IMG/VR virus record: IMGVR_UViG_3300022680_000058
Location: 1-64,000 of that record
Strand: one strand, 5' to 3'
Source of the DNA: a virus
Length of the DNA stretch: 64,000 nucleotides
Below are positions 18,487-29,111 of this stretch, one piece after another. A program made the translations under genes and the position numbers. Positions within the stretch are counted from its first letter, which is position 1, and every line of letters starts with the position of its first letter. Under the pieces are notes generated by a model. The model had not been told where the DNA came from. It did not search any database and saw only the letters and a program-made list of their open reading frames with translations.

Positions 18487-20609
18487 CAGGCGACCGCCGT
18501 TTCTCCCACAATAGCCAACGAACCAAGGGTGATCACGCGTTCTTTTGTGATGATCAGATTCCCGTTCGAGTCCAAGAACTCAGACGGCCCATCGATACTG
18601 AAGATCGCATACTGAACACCTTCAACACCACCGACTCCAGTCTGTGGGTCCGGCTGGATCGAGGTGTAGATATCAGAGAGCCTCAAGCTGGCGCCGAATG
18701 CCCTATTTCTGAGGACATCATAGATTGCACTTCTGACGTTCGAGATGACGGTTGCTTGGACATACCCCTCGATGATTCCAAGAGTCCCTGTGATGACTGC
18801 CTCAACAAGGAATGCCTCACCAGAGACGACATCCACCACCTGAGTGACCTCTTTCCTGCTGTCGAGATAGTTCTCCAGAGAACGAATGAGCGCTGTAGAT
18901 GGCGATGTGTAGAACCCGTCAGCGTCATACGCAAGGATCGGGACCTGAACCAAGTTACTTTGGCAGTCGCTGGCGAGAAACGTGTCGACGTGATCGTAGA
19001 TCGCCTGCAAGTCGTTCTCGATGGCTGTCTCGAAGTCAGTCCCCATCGTCGTTTCAATGCTATCGAGCTGCGTCTGAAGACTCGTAATCGCCGTCGCCAT
19101 AGATACGAGGTCTGCGACTATAGCCACCTGAGCCGTCTCGGCGGCTCCTCTCTCGCTTTCAAGAGTTCCGAGCTCCGTCAGCACCGTGTCTCCATACCCC
19201 TTCGCTGCCGAAGCCTTCGAGGAGATGCCACTGAGCATGTTGAGCAAAGCAGTCTTTTCTGGGTCCTGAATCTGAGTCGCCCCGGCAGCAAACGTGTTCA
19301 CATAGGCTGTCACCGCCGTAACGTCACCCTCGATCTTTGTCGCTTCGGTCTGAGCATCAATCGTGTTGTCAGAGGCATTATCCGCAGCCGTCTCGATGTT
19401 CGAGAGCGCTGTCCCTATCGCGGTATTCTGAGAAGAGATGTCAGATCTCAAAGATGAGATCGTCGAGAGGTCAGTGTCTCCCTGAGAGACATACCCATTG
19501 ACTGTTGATTCCAGCGCCCCTGTGGTAGCTCTGATGCTGTCCAAAAGCCCCTGAAGAGTCAGGTCGTCCTCAGCACCAAGGGCAACGAACGCTTGAGCCA
19601 CAGCCACGGAACCTGCCACTGGGTCAGAATACCCCTGAGAAAGCGCAATGTAGTCACTCTCGACAACAGCGACGTCTCTCGCGGCAAAGTAGAGAGGAGC
19701 GTTCGATTTCGCAGACTCCAACGACTCAGGAGGAGACCCGCCAGAAGACCCGTCTGGATTCGTAACGTTGAGGCCTATATCGGTGAACGCCACGACAAGA
19801 GGCGTCACGACATCATTGATCGTTCCCTGGAGGACTTTCCCGTTCGCACCTGACGTCTCAACATACGTGACAACGACATCAACTCCAGACGCCGGAACAT
19901 TCCCAGCGACACCATCACCAAACCGGAGAACAGACGGCTCCGAGTTGTAGTCGATCTCATACTGGTCTGTGGCGTCATAGCTGATAAAGACACTCTCGTC
20001 CCAAACAGCTCCATCGACTGTCACAGAGACCTCTCCAGCGACCCACTTCCCCTCACTCGGTGTCAGTCTGAACCTTTGATTCTTCTCGCCAGTTCCTTTG
20101 AACTTCTGGATCTTTGTCGTACCCTCCCTCACAGAGAGCGTCCTTGGTGTACTCGTTGGACCTTCACCGGCAGGAAACGTGATCGTCTCTGTCGCCTCGA
20201 AAACGAGCTCATTCGGACCCTGAAATTGAAACCCTACAGGAATCGGAACATCGAACGCTCTTGCTTCTGTCAGAGTGATTTCGAGATCGACAGATGAGCT
20301 CGATGCTGAGTTCATCTTGTAGCCGACTTGCCGACACAGCCGGTTCACAGACCGCCTGAATCGCGCCGTCTCAAGGTAGCTCTCCGTTGCCTGTCGATCG
20401 ATGTAGAAGCTCAGTGTCTCGGCTGCCCACGACGTCATGTCGATGAGCATCTGACCAGTCCCACTCGAAATGAAGTCGTTGAACTCCGTGACGAACAGAA
20501 GCTGTATCCTGGAAATCAGATCATCGACAAACGTGAAGAAGTCTTTCCCAGAAAAACGAACCCTATTCACCAACGCCTGGGGGCTATCAATCGTGAGCGG
20601 CTCGGACAT
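18486..20609 (-). CDS. baseplate wedge protein (gp6 / baseplate J-like)
   Basis: FSGKDF..FYIDRQATESYLETA, LRFGDGVAGNVP, ESLESAKSNAP..AVVESDY motifs. Confidence 0.85.
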   Translation of the reverse strand: MSEPLTIDSPQALVNRVRFSGKDFFTFVDDLISRIQLLFVTEFNDFISSGTGQMLIDMTSWAAETLSFYIDRQATESYLETARFRRSVNRLCRQVGYKMNSASSSSVDLEITLTEARAFDVPIPVGFQFQGPNELVFEATETITFPAGEGPTSTPRTLSVREGTTKIQKFKGTGEKNQRFRLTPSEGKWVAGEVSVTVDGAVWDESVFISYDATDQYEIDYNSEPSVLRFGDGVAGNVPASGVDVVVTYVETSGANGKVLQGTINDVVTPLVVAFTDIGLNVTNPDGSSGGSPPESLESAKSNAPLYFAARDVAVVESDYIALSQGYSDPVAGSVAVAQAFVALGAEDDLTLQGLLDSIRATTGALESTVNGYVSQGDTDLSTISSLRSDISSQNTAIGTALSNIETAADNASDNTIDAQTEATKIEGDVTAVTAYVNTFAAGATQIQDPEKTALLNMLSGISSKASAAKGYGDTVLTELGTLESERGAAETAQVAIVADLVSMATAITSLQTQLDSIETTMGTDFETAIENDLQAIYDHVDTFLASDCQSNLVQVPILAYDADGFYTSPSTALIRSLENYLDSRKEVTQVVDVVSGEAFLVEAVITGTLGIIEGYVQATVISNVRSAIYDVLRNRAFGASLRLSDIYTSIQPDPQTGVGGVEGVQYAIFSIDGPSEFLDSNGNLIITKERVITLGSLAIVGETAVA

Positions 20610-20649
20610 CGTCTACATCTCCTGTAAAGATCTCAAGTTGAGATCTTTG

Positions 20650-21033
20650 TTACCCCACCTGGGGCTGTGTGAATTGAACCGCCACCTGTTGAACGTCGAG
20701 ATTCACCTTGTAAGTCACAAGGACAATGATATTGATCCCGCCATCGTTTCGCGACTCTTCCGTCAGCCGAACATCAACAACGTTCGCCCTCGGCTCACCC
20801 TCAGCGATGGCTCTCCTCACCTCATGGTCTATCCTGGCGTTCAGGACAGGACCAGTGTTCTCAAAAACAAACGTGAGAACCTTACTCCCTGACGTTGGCC
20901 TCATGACCCTCTCACCACTGATAGTCTGCATGATCCTGATGATGTTGTCCCTGATCACGTCATTGTCTTCAGCCGTCGCTGGAAAAGAGAACGTCCCTCT
21001 TCTAAATGGAAACGATATCCCCTTGATCGTCAT
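20650..21033 (-). CDS. gp25/GPW-like sheath-initiating baseplate protein
   Basis: GISFPF..T..GERVMRPT.GS..FE..EPR motif. Confidence 0.9.
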   Translation of the reverse strand: MTIKGISFPFRRGTFSFPATAEDNDVIRDNIIRIMQTISGERVMRPTSGSKVLTFVFENTGPVLNARIDHEVRRAIAEGEPRANVVDVRLTEESRNDGGINIIVLVTYKVNLDVQQVAVQFTQPQVG

Positions 21034-21040
21034 GACGCCC

Positions 21041-21811
21041 TCACTTCACCTGAATCGTCTGGCTCAACATCGTCTGTAGCTGAGACTTTATGGCAATAAA
21101 TTGTGGAGCATTGACCGGGGTCCCAGACGTTCCAGCCGGTGTTGGAACAGTGATCGTATTGATCGCGTCAATGATCTGTTCCAGAAGAGACTTCAGTGTC
21201 GTACCAAGGACGCCAGCCTCATTGGCATTCACTGCCCCGTCCCCAATGTTCACCTTCTTGCCCGAGGCGTTTGTAATCGAGATCGACCCTTCAGAATCCA
21301 TCTCAATCGATGTGCTCCCATTCTTGTGCTTGACAGTGATCGTCTCCCCACCATCAGTATCATCAAGAAGGATTCTATGTCCCTGAGGACTCACCCACGC
21401 GTGAACATCTGTCGACTCGATGTCACTGGTGAAATCTCCATCTCCAACCCATCCACCGATCCACAGCGGAAGGTCTGGTCGACCTCTCTCGTAGATAACC
21501 CAGACATACCCACCAACAGGAGGAATGCTCTTGAACCCATATCCTGGGCCAAACATCGGGAAAACAGGATAGGCTATCCTTGTCGTCCTCCTCGACGCGC
21601 CATCGACAGACGGGATGTTCAACTCTAAGCGCCCATTCGGATCTGGACTTCCAGGACTACTTGGGTCTTCATTGCCTACAACCTCAGCCCGGTAGACTCC
21701 ATAGTACAAACCAATGGCTTCAAGCCCGTACCTCGTGATCTCATCCAAAAATCGACGAAACCCCGACGAGCTGTAAGCAGTGGACCCAAAAGCTCTAGTC
21801 CGCTCGAACAT
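21041..21811 (-). CDS. baseplate central spike (gpV / gp5 OB-fold)
   Basis: YGVYRAEVV.N.DP...GR..P.VG..VWVIYE.G.PD.PLWIGG, then beta repeats. Confidence 0.85.
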   Translation of the reverse strand: MFERTRAFGSTAYSSSGFRRFLDEITRYGLEAIGLYYGVYRAEVVGNEDPSSPGSPDPNGRLELNIPSVDGASRRTTRIAYPVFPMFGPGYGFKSIPPVGGYVWVIYERGRPDLPLWIGGWVGDGDFTSDIESTDVHAWVSPQGHRILLDDTDGGETITVKHKNGSTSIEMDSEGSISITNASGKKVNIGDGAVNANEAGVLGTTLKSLLEQIIDAINTITVPTPAGTSGTPVNAPQFIAIKSQLQTMLSQTIQVK

Positions 21812-21818
21812 CCATCAC

Positions 21819-22262
21819 CTATTCAGGACACAGAACGCCAGTGCTGGACACCCTGAACTCTTCTAACCTGTCTGCACTCTTCAAGGTGTAAGAGACTGCA
21901 TGCATCAAAGCACGCTTGTCCGTGGCCCACACAGGTTTTGTTCCATGGACATGGTCTATGAACGGCACCCACTTCCCTGGGTTGTCCATGGCGACCTTGA
22001 TAGAGACCAAGGACGACAGCAGTGTTCGTCCAGTTCCAGTATCGGTATCAGCCGAGCTGAAGAACCACGACAGCGGAGACCTCTTCCTGTACAGCCCAAC
22101 AACCTCATCAAGACTGTACGACTCACCTCGCCCAATCACCGCCAAAAGCAACTCCTCGACGGCATCAAAAGTACCTTCCTGTTCCGAGTTCAAAACGAGC
22201 TCACTCCCGTCATTTCTCTTGGCTCCAAACTCCTTCAGGAACCTCTTCGTACTGTCCTTCAT
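21819..22262 (-). CDS. hypothetical protein
   Basis: 147-aa ORF with GGGAG RBS, tiled between hub and spike. Confidence 0.6.
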   Translation of the reverse strand: MKDSTKRFLKEFGAKRNDGSELVLNSEQEGTFDAVEELLLAVIGRGESYSLDEVVGLYRKRSPLSWFFSSADTDTGTGRTLLSSLVSIKVAMDNPGKWVPFIDHVHGTKPVWATDKRALMHAVSYTLKSADRLEEFRVSSTGVLCPE

Positions 22263-22271
22263 CTCCCACTC

Positions 22272-23645
22272 CTATCCGTCATTCACTGTAGGCTCGACAG
22301 AGATCGTACCACCTCCATCCGCCTCCTGTCGCTGTGGTGCAGATTGAGAGTTCCAGCCTTCCCACTCCTGGGTGATCCCATTGGCCAGACCATTCGCGTC
22401 CACACCATCCCCAAGAAGCTTGACTGACATCGTCCACTCTCCAGCACCAGCATTGTGAGCCACGCTCTCGATAGTGTAGTTCCCAGAGAAGATTCCAAGG
22501 CCTTCCAACCTCACAACCTCACCTGGGAATATGTCAGGAAGCCCTATCGTCTCGAAAGACGCGTTGAGACCGCCCCTCTGACGCGCCTCAGTGACCATCG
22601 AGGTCAGAACTTCGTCCGGAGTCTCCGTGGCGTGAGCAGGCGCCACAACGCGCCTGCCAGTGCCCCTGTCGTCTCTCGGCGTCGGCTCAGTCGCAACTAC
22701 CGTTCCATCGTCCTCTTCAGACCCAGTACCAGGAGTGTCTCTTCCAGGAAGGGCCGGAACGTCAGTGTCCTCTGGACGAAGTGTTGACTCAGATGCCTCC
22801 CTCGTCCTGATATGAATATCAGCCGTCTGATGCTCTCTCGGAGGGAGCCACACTCCCTCAGCAGAAGACTCGAATCCGATAATCGGGAATGTGTTGATGA
22901 AATCCACATTACCCCGAGACCAGAACGTGTACCTTGGCTGTCCTGACATAGCCTCAGAACGTCGAACCACCCGAAGAATGTTTGCTCCCCTGGTGTCAGG
23001 ATCTGGAGCAATGAACGCGTCACAATTCGCCAACCGCGAAATATGCTGAACAAACATCCAATCCGTTCTGTTGCCCTGAGACACCCCCTCGCGACTGATA
23101 TAGAGGGGGTCGCTCTCACCGGAGCTATCCGGAAGGCTCAAAGCCCACCCATTCGATTCTTGATTGGCAATGTCCTCTATGATCGAAGCATACGACCCAT
23201 TGAAGACCTCGGAAGAGCTCCCCCTCGCCGCCGCGAATGCACCACCCTCACCATTGAGCGTCGCTGAAAGTCCATCATCTGGATTGATACTGATCGACGG
23301 CTTCGATGCCATCGTTGAAAACCATGGGAGGAACCGACCAATTCGAGGATATCCAATCTGAACATCAATCACAGAACCAATGGCAAACAGAGAGCTATTG
23401 AGGAGCTCCAACCCAAGATCGTATGTAGCAGAAATCTCAACAGAGACTTTTCCGATCAGCCCCATCCCAACATCAACCTGGACAGATTCCACAATCGGAA
23501 GATCCTGAAACGTCTCACCGTCACTCCCGTAAAAGATACTTGTGTCACCATCGACCGCACCACCAATCCAAAGGGGGAACGTCCCCCCAGCGGTCCTCAC
23601 AACGACAGCAATCTGGAATCCAGACGGGTCGATTGGCTGGGTCAT
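22272..23645 (-). CDS. baseplate hub (gpD/gp27-like)
   Basis: QIGY, QGNRTDWMFVQHI, GLPDIFPGEVVRLEGLGIFSGNYTIESVAH motifs. Confidence 0.8.
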   Translation of the reverse strand: MTQPIDPSGFQIAVVVRTAGGTFPLWIGGAVDGDTSIFYGSDGETFQDLPIVESVQVDVGMGLIGKVSVEISATYDLGLELLNSSLFAIGSVIDVQIGYPRIGRFLPWFSTMASKPSISINPDDGLSATLNGEGGAFAAARGSSSEVFNGSYASIIEDIANQESNGWALSLPDSSGESDPLYISREGVSQGNRTDWMFVQHISRLANCDAFIAPDPDTRGANILRVVRRSEAMSGQPRYTFWSRGNVDFINTFPIIGFESSAEGVWLPPREHQTADIHIRTREASESTLRPEDTDVPALPGRDTPGTGSEEDDGTVVATEPTPRDDRGTGRRVVAPAHATETPDEVLTSMVTEARQRGGLNASFETIGLPDIFPGEVVRLEGLGIFSGNYTIESVAHNAGAGEWTMSVKLLGDGVDANGLANGITQEWEGWNSQSAPQRQEADGGGTISVEPTVNDG

Positions 23646-23971
23646 CGGCCCTCCTCACCACGGGTGGCGCCCTTCAGAATTCTGGTGAAGACTCTGGACT
23701 TTGACGGGCACCGAAGCCTCATGTTCTCATGGAGTTCACTCGGCAAAAGATTGATGCCGTTTGCTATCGCAATAATCCACCAGAGATCTGCAACCCCATA
23801 GAAGCGATATGACAACAAGTCAATCCGATCGCGTCTCACTGTGGTGTAGAAAAAATCGTCGGCAGATTCTTCAATCACAGGGTATTCAACATTTCCCCAG
23901 TGCTCCACATCATCCGTAGTGAAGAGCCCGGCGAATCGAAGACGAGACGTTGTTCTCAGATTGATAGCCAT
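23642..23971 (-). CDS. LysM-like baseplate protein (gp53/gpX-like)
   Basis: DRIDLLSYRFYGVADLWWIIAIANGI motif. Confidence 0.85.
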   Translation of the reverse strand: MAINLRTTSRLRFAGLFTTDDVEHWGNVEYPVIEESADDFFYTTVRRDRIDLLSYRFYGVADLWWIIAIANGINLLPSELHENMRLRCPSKSRVFTRILKGATRGEEGR

Positions 23972-23984
23972 GCTTCACCGCCAA

Positions 23985-26900
23985 TCACATCTGCTCCGCA
24001 CCACCAGGAGTGGTTGGACGAGCCGCCGGTCGGCGCCTTTGTGAGCGTCGCCCCATGCCAGCTCTCACTGAATCAGCCAACTGACGTCGAGCTTCCGTGC
24101 CAAACGTGCTGATCTCGATTGCTCTCGCCAGTCGCTCGACTTCTCGCGTCCTCTCCCTTTCCACAGTCGCCTCTCGACGTGAGGCAGTGCGCCTTGTCCT
24201 TCTCACCGTCTCTTCTTCAGTTGGAACAAGCGGCCTCGCCACCTGTGCCCTTCGTGAAGTGACAGGTGCCGCAACACTCACAGCAGCAGAACGACGCCAC
24301 TCCTCACGAGCCGCCTCGAACTCCTGCATTGCTGCCTGCTGACGGGCCTGTGACGCCGCTTCCTCTGCCTCTCGTTGAGCTCGATTCCTTCGCGCCTCTT
24401 CCTCAGCCCTGGTGACCATCGGGCGAATTCGAGAAATCTCACTTTGCAACGCCTCTCTCGGTGAAGACAAGGCGCCCCTGACGAGGTCCCCAAGGAACGG
24501 AACATTGTTGGCCAACGTCTGGATTGAGTCGAAGATTCGATGGAAGATTTCGAGCACTGTGAGCTTGAGCCGCATGAACGTTGTGTTCACAGCATCTGCC
24601 ATCGTCCGAAGAGTTCCACCAACACGGACAAAAGGATGGACCAAGTATCTTTCGACACTGGCACCAACAAGCCGGAAACCTGTCCTGAGCACACCGAGTG
24701 TCGCATTCCAGGTATCTCTCAAGAAGTTGAAGATTCTCGTCGCCTCCCTGATCCTGTCAGTGATGTGGTCTCGAATGACATTGAACACTCGGCGAGCAAC
24801 ACTGAAAACCCTCCCAAGGATAGCCGACCAAACAGTGAACAATGCCTCAAATACAGGTCGAATAACAGAGCGCCAAACAGTCTGGACATGACGCCCAATA
24901 GCGTTGAACACTGGCCGGAACACACGAGTCCAAAGGAACCTGACAACACCCATGAACGTCTGGAACCCCTCAATCAGAGACGCCGTACTCTCTGACAGAT
25001 ACGGATAGACCCCATGAGCCACATCCCACAGCGTTCGGAGAGCTCCAACAACCCATCTGATAGAGTCAGCAAGGACCCTCACGCCCTCGACGACGAGTGG
25101 CATTGCCGTCCTGTGGAGCCACTGAACCATCGGCATGACATAGTCGAGGACTCTCCTCATCATATCGCCGAAACTTTGGACGTTACCCTCTGCTCCCTCG
25201 AAAGCCTCTCCCACACCTCCAACATCAATCCGGAACCCGAAGATGTCTTCAAGCAACGGAAGAAGAGTGTCATCCCAGAGCTCACCAAGGACACCACCAA
25301 TCTCCCGGAACGTCGCCATCCACTCATCCCAAAGCGGAGTGACATAGTCCAGCCAATGCATGAAGGTGTCTCGGATCTCGACGCCCCATGTCCTCAGAAG
25401 CCCTACTACACCATCGAGATAGGCATTGACCGTATCTTCGCCTATGACATGCTCCAGAAGCATTCTGACAAGTCCGATGCCAGGTAGCGATGAAATCGCC
25501 TCAACAATGCCACGGAGAATTTGACCCGATCGGAAATACTCAACAATCGATTCGATGTTGAACATGTCCATCAAGAAGTCAAAGATGCCACCAGTGATGT
25601 CAGTCCCTGTCATCCCTGACAAGATTCTCGGAATCCCGAACAGCAATCCATTCACAATCGAGCTGAACAGGGTCCTGAAGCCATTGACGATACCTTCCGT
25701 CCTAAAGCTTGAGATGATGTCAGGGAGATCGAAGAGAACTCCGATGATCGCACCGATGTACGGGATGCGCCTCAAGACCGTTCTGAGAGCTGTACCAGTG
25801 AGCCCTCGACCACCAATCATGAATCTGCCAAGCGACGAGAATACACGACGGAAAGCATTGATGATGCTCCCCCGAAGAGGGGTCAGCATAGCGGCACCAA
25901 AGACACCACCAATCGCAACACCAGCCGCCGCCCCGGCTCGCTGAACCTGACCACGAACATCCGGAGGCTCCATGACCCATTCGACGATACGATTCCACAT
26001 GCCGCGAATGAAGCCACCCACGATCCGAGTCACCCCATCAAACAGAGCTCTGAAACCCTCAGCAATGGAGCGAGCTCCTTCTGTCATCTGTGGGCTGCTT
26101 TCGAGGTCGCCCAGGGCGCCGAACGCTCCGAGGATTCCGTCTACCAGGTCTTGGCCCATCTGGTCCCAATCGATGGACTTCGAGAAGTTCTCAACACTTC
26201 TCCCGAAGTTCTCGAACATCTGAGTCCCACGCCTCATGATCGGGCCGAGACGATCCCAATACCTGATGAGGAGATAGATCCCACCAGCGAACAATGTCAA
26301 AGGATTGAACGCGAGACGAAGAAGGCGCCCAATCTGTGGCAGCCTGATCCCCATAGCTGACAGACCGATCATGAATGGACCCATCTGACCAGCAACTTGG
26401 AACAACCCTTCACCAACACCATCGAGCAGCGGGAGAAACTCTCCAATGCGCCTCGAAAGCGTTGGGAACGCCTCTCCAAGCTCATCCTGCAATGCCACAG
26501 TCAGTCCCATGGCGCCGCCTCGACGGAGAGCAATCATTGCCCTTGTCGTCGCCCCGAGAGGGCCTCTGTTGGCTGCAAAGTTGTCAATGATCCCCGTCAG
26601 CCGTTGGAACGCCTCCGTTTGCCTCCTGATGACGTTCCGCTCGAAGTTCGGGTAATGCCTCCTGGCCATCCTGTCGAGGCCTGCTCGGAACCTCTCCTCG
26701 ACGAGCTCCATCTGCTCAGCGAATGTCCTCGTTGACCCACCAGCCCCATGAGCCATCCTAGCGAACGCACCTTCAGCATTCCCAGCGTCCCCCATAGCAG
26801 CCTGTAACGCCGCCTGAGACGCTTCTCCACCCTGGACAAGGAACATGAAGGCTGGTCCCATCTGTTCAAGCACAGAACGGAGCCTGGCAGCCGCTGGACT

Positions 26901-27905
26901 GTTCCTGTCCATGTTGTTGAACATATCAGCGATGGTCGCACCAAACCTTGCCGGGTCCTGCATAATGGCATCGAAGGACATTTCAACATTGCCGGTCGCC
27001 CTGGCTATCTCAGCAGCAAGCTCCGGGAACTCCCCACCGAGACCAACCAATAGCCCTTCCATCTCACGACGTGTACCAGCAAGTTGATTGAAGACCTCAA
27101 CGGCACCTTGGACCCCCTCCTGGAAACTCCCTCCGAGCCGCCTCTGCTGAGCAAGGCCAAGCCTGGTGATTGACTCGATCGCCACATCAACATTGTCGGA
27201 TATCGCTGGGAATCGAGACGCCGCTTGGTCAACAGCCTGAAGAATCTCAGGCATCGCACGAGCAGCATCCGCCCCGACCCCAAACTGCTCACCAAGAGCT
27301 GTCACCGTATCAAGTACACGACGAGCTCCATCCGCCCCGAGGTCGTACCCCTGAGCAAGACTCGTCATGACATCACCAAGCTGTTCTCCTGTCAGGATTC
27401 CAGCTTGAATTGAACCAGCAACATCCCTCATGGAGAGACCGAACTCGTCAATACTCCTTCCGGTCCTGGCAACGGTTGTCGCGTAAGCGAGCATATCGTC
27501 GCCACCGACTCCAAGAGTGAATGACAAGCTACTGATCTGACCTCGAACAGTATCGACCTCTGCTCGATACTCTCCAAGGCCAGCAGTAGCCGCCCTGTAC
27601 TCCTGAGCGAACTGAGCCCCATGAGATTCGAGGCTCGTCGATGATATTTCGTTGGACAAGGCACCGGCGCGCTCTGCCAGGCCTTCAAGAGCGTTACCAA
27701 CACGAGAGAGCTGCGACAGGTTCAGAGCGTCAATAAAATTCCCGAGACGTTGGACACCAATGGACTCTCGACCGATGCTTTCGGACGACGAAGCCATGCG
27801 ATCCATGCTGTCGCTGATTTCCTCAGTCGTCCGAGTCGCGCCGTCGTCTTTTGCTCCAAAGAGAAATCCGAGCCCGAGAGTCCTTGAGATCCCACCTGCC
27901 ATCAC
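23985..27905 (-). CDS. tail tape measure protein
   Basis: 1306 aa, helical and A/G/R-rich with amphipathic W/F repeats; lies between the chaperone and the LysM gene. Confidence 0.85.
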   Translation of the reverse strand: MMAGGISRTLGLGFLFGAKDDGATRTTEEISDSMDRMASSSESIGRESIGVQRLGNFIDALNLSQLSRVGNALEGLAERAGALSNEISSTSLESHGAQFAQEYRAATAGLGEYRAEVDTVRGQISSLSFTLGVGGDDMLAYATTVARTGRSIDEFGLSMRDVAGSIQAGILTGEQLGDVMTSLAQGYDLGADGARRVLDTVTALGEQFGVGADAARAMPEILQAVDQAASRFPAISDNVDVAIESITRLGLAQQRRLGGSFQEGVQGAVEVFNQLAGTRREMEGLLVGLGGEFPELAAEIARATGNVEMSFDAIMQDPARFGATIADMFNNMDRNSPAAARLRSVLEQMGPAFMFLVQGGEASQAALQAAMGDAGNAEGAFARMAHGAGGSTRTFAEQMELVEERFRAGLDRMARRHYPNFERNVIRRQTEAFQRLTGIIDNFAANRGPLGATTRAMIALRRGGAMGLTVALQDELGEAFPTLSRRIGEFLPLLDGVGEGLFQVAGQMGPFMIGLSAMGIRLPQIGRLLRLAFNPLTLFAGGIYLLIRYWDRLGPIMRRGTQMFENFGRSVENFSKSIDWDQMGQDLVDGILGAFGALGDLESSPQMTEGARSIAEGFRALFDGVTRIVGGFIRGMWNRIVEWVMEPPDVRGQVQRAGAAAGVAIGGVFGAAMLTPLRGSIINAFRRVFSSLGRFMIGGRGLTGTALRTVLRRIPYIGAIIGVLFDLPDIISSFRTEGIVNGFRTLFSSIVNGLLFGIPRILSGMTGTDITGGIFDFLMDMFNIESIVEYFRSGQILRGIVEAISSLPGIGLVRMLLEHVIGEDTVNAYLDGVVGLLRTWGVEIRDTFMHWLDYVTPLWDEWMATFREIGGVLGELWDDTLLPLLEDIFGFRIDVGGVGEAFEGAEGNVQSFGDMMRRVLDYVMPMVQWLHRTAMPLVVEGVRVLADSIRWVVGALRTLWDVAHGVYPYLSESTASLIEGFQTFMGVVRFLWTRVFRPVFNAIGRHVQTVWRSVIRPVFEALFTVWSAILGRVFSVARRVFNVIRDHITDRIREATRIFNFLRDTWNATLGVLRTGFRLVGASVERYLVHPFVRVGGTLRTMADAVNTTFMRLKLTVLEIFHRIFDSIQTLANNVPFLGDLVRGALSSPREALQSEISRIRPMVTRAEEEARRNRAQREAEEAASQARQQAAMQEFEAAREEWRRSAAVSVAAPVTSRRAQVARPLVPTEEETVRRTRRTASRREATVERERTREVERLARAIEISTFGTEARRQLADSVRAGMGRRSQRRRPAARPTTPGGAEQM

Positions 27906-28031
27906 ACCCTCTCGATCACTTCTCTTTCGACTTCCTCACGTTCAGGATGTTCTCGAACTCCTCACAGAGCCTCTTTCGTCTCCCCACGGGCATCGCCATT
28001 ACGTCTTGATACCCCTGGTTCAGATGCTCCG

Positions 28032-29027
28032 CTAGGAAGAAGAAATCCGCTTCGAGCGCCGCGAGGTTGCCGTAGGGAAAAAGAATTGCTCCTGGCTGAT
28101 ATCGAGCTTGGCGATGAACTCACGCCCACAATGAGAGCAGTCGATGTCGACGTCCATCTCGATCCCAGGCTCATGCTTCTCGAACTCTCCCCTCAGGTGG
28201 TCCCTGTCTGCCGTTGTGAGACCCTTCACCTCGTTGAGCCAGCGATTGGCATCACTCGAAAGCTTGATCTTCGCCTTCTTCCCGCTCGTCAAGAAGTCCT
28301 TGTACTCCAGATCGATACTCTCCCCATCCCATCCTCGAAGCCTGGTCAAGATCGAGTAGCTCAAAGCACTCGATTCTGCACCGACACCGGCAGAGCTGAT
28401 CCCATGCATGATGCGGTCTTCCCTTCCCGTCATCACAGCCCACGAGACTTCGTGTCCACTATCGGGGAGCTCTGTCGAATGAATCATCACTGATGGATCT
28501 TCCGGCTCGAATAGTTCGAGGTCGAGCAGGTCCACCTTGTAGTACCCGATCTTCCCACACGTATTCGACGCGGGACAGCGCATCTCCATCTCGTACTTGC
28601 TGCCATGTGTCTTCCAATGGCTCGTGACTCTCAGAGCGATCAAGAGATGTGTCCGGCTTCCCGACGACATCGATCGGACAGCTCGAAGAATCTCCCCCTT
28701 GTCGGTGATTGACCCGAGAGACTTGACACAATTCCCCATGATCTGGTCCATCCGTTGGACCATCGGGACAGATCGATTCCCGAGAAGGTCTTCCTCATGG
28801 CCTGACATCGACCGAAGAGAGACCTCCTTGTGGAGCTCACCTTCAGCATCGACGTACCCACCGACCAGAGTGAAGATCCCAGCCTCTGGCTTCGGGTCCG
28901 TCACACGATCATAGCCCCCATCGTCCGGACCCTCGACAGCGACGCCGCCAGCCTTCTTCCCTCTCTCGATTGCTTCCTGGAGATTCTTGGACTTGGCTCC
29001 TCGCTCATTGAGCTCCTGTTCACCCAT
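28032..29027 (-). CDS. tail assembly chaperone (gp26-like, Cys pairs); -1 frameshift extension to 27916
   Basis: EEDLL, CPASNTC, CSHC and terminal FFFP motifs; directly upstream of the tape measure gene. Confidence 0.75.
   Translation of the reverse strand: MGEQELNERGAKSKNLQEAIERGKKAGGVAVEGPDDGGYDRVTDPKPEAGIFTLVGGYVDAEGELHKEVSLRSMSGHEEDLLGNRSVPMVQRMDQIMGNCVKSLGSITDKGEILRAVRSMSSGSRTHLLIALRVTSHWKTHGSKYEMEMRCPASNTCGKIGYYKVDLLDLELFEPEDPSVMIHSTELPDSGHEVSWAVMTGREDRIMHGISSAGVGAESSALSYSILTRLRGWDGESIDLEYKDFLTSGKKAKIKLSSDANRWLNEVKGLTTADRDHLRGEFEKHEPGIEMDVDIDCSHCGREFIAKLDISQEQFFFPTATSRRSKRISSS
28074..28080 (-). other. programmed -1 ribosomal frameshift site T-TTC-CCT
   Basis: X-XXY-YYZ heptamer in frame; the -1 frame is open to TGA at 27916 and encodes YGNLAALEADFFFLAEHLNQGYQDVMAMPVGRRKRLCEEFENIL... 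Confidence 0.75.
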
Positions 29028-29111
29028 CTACTTCACCTTCTCCTTCTACGACGCCCTGATGTGGCGTGACGAACTGGTTAGATCGATACTATCATTCGCC
29101 CGTCTCCAGCG

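Noticed and set aside
26528-26542. Near-match to the palindrome (GAGCAATCATTGCCC); similar cases at 38605-38620 and 35114-35135
   Set aside because: Wrong spacer length or several mismatches, so these were not counted. The intergenic 35114 and 38605 cases merit a PWM scan.
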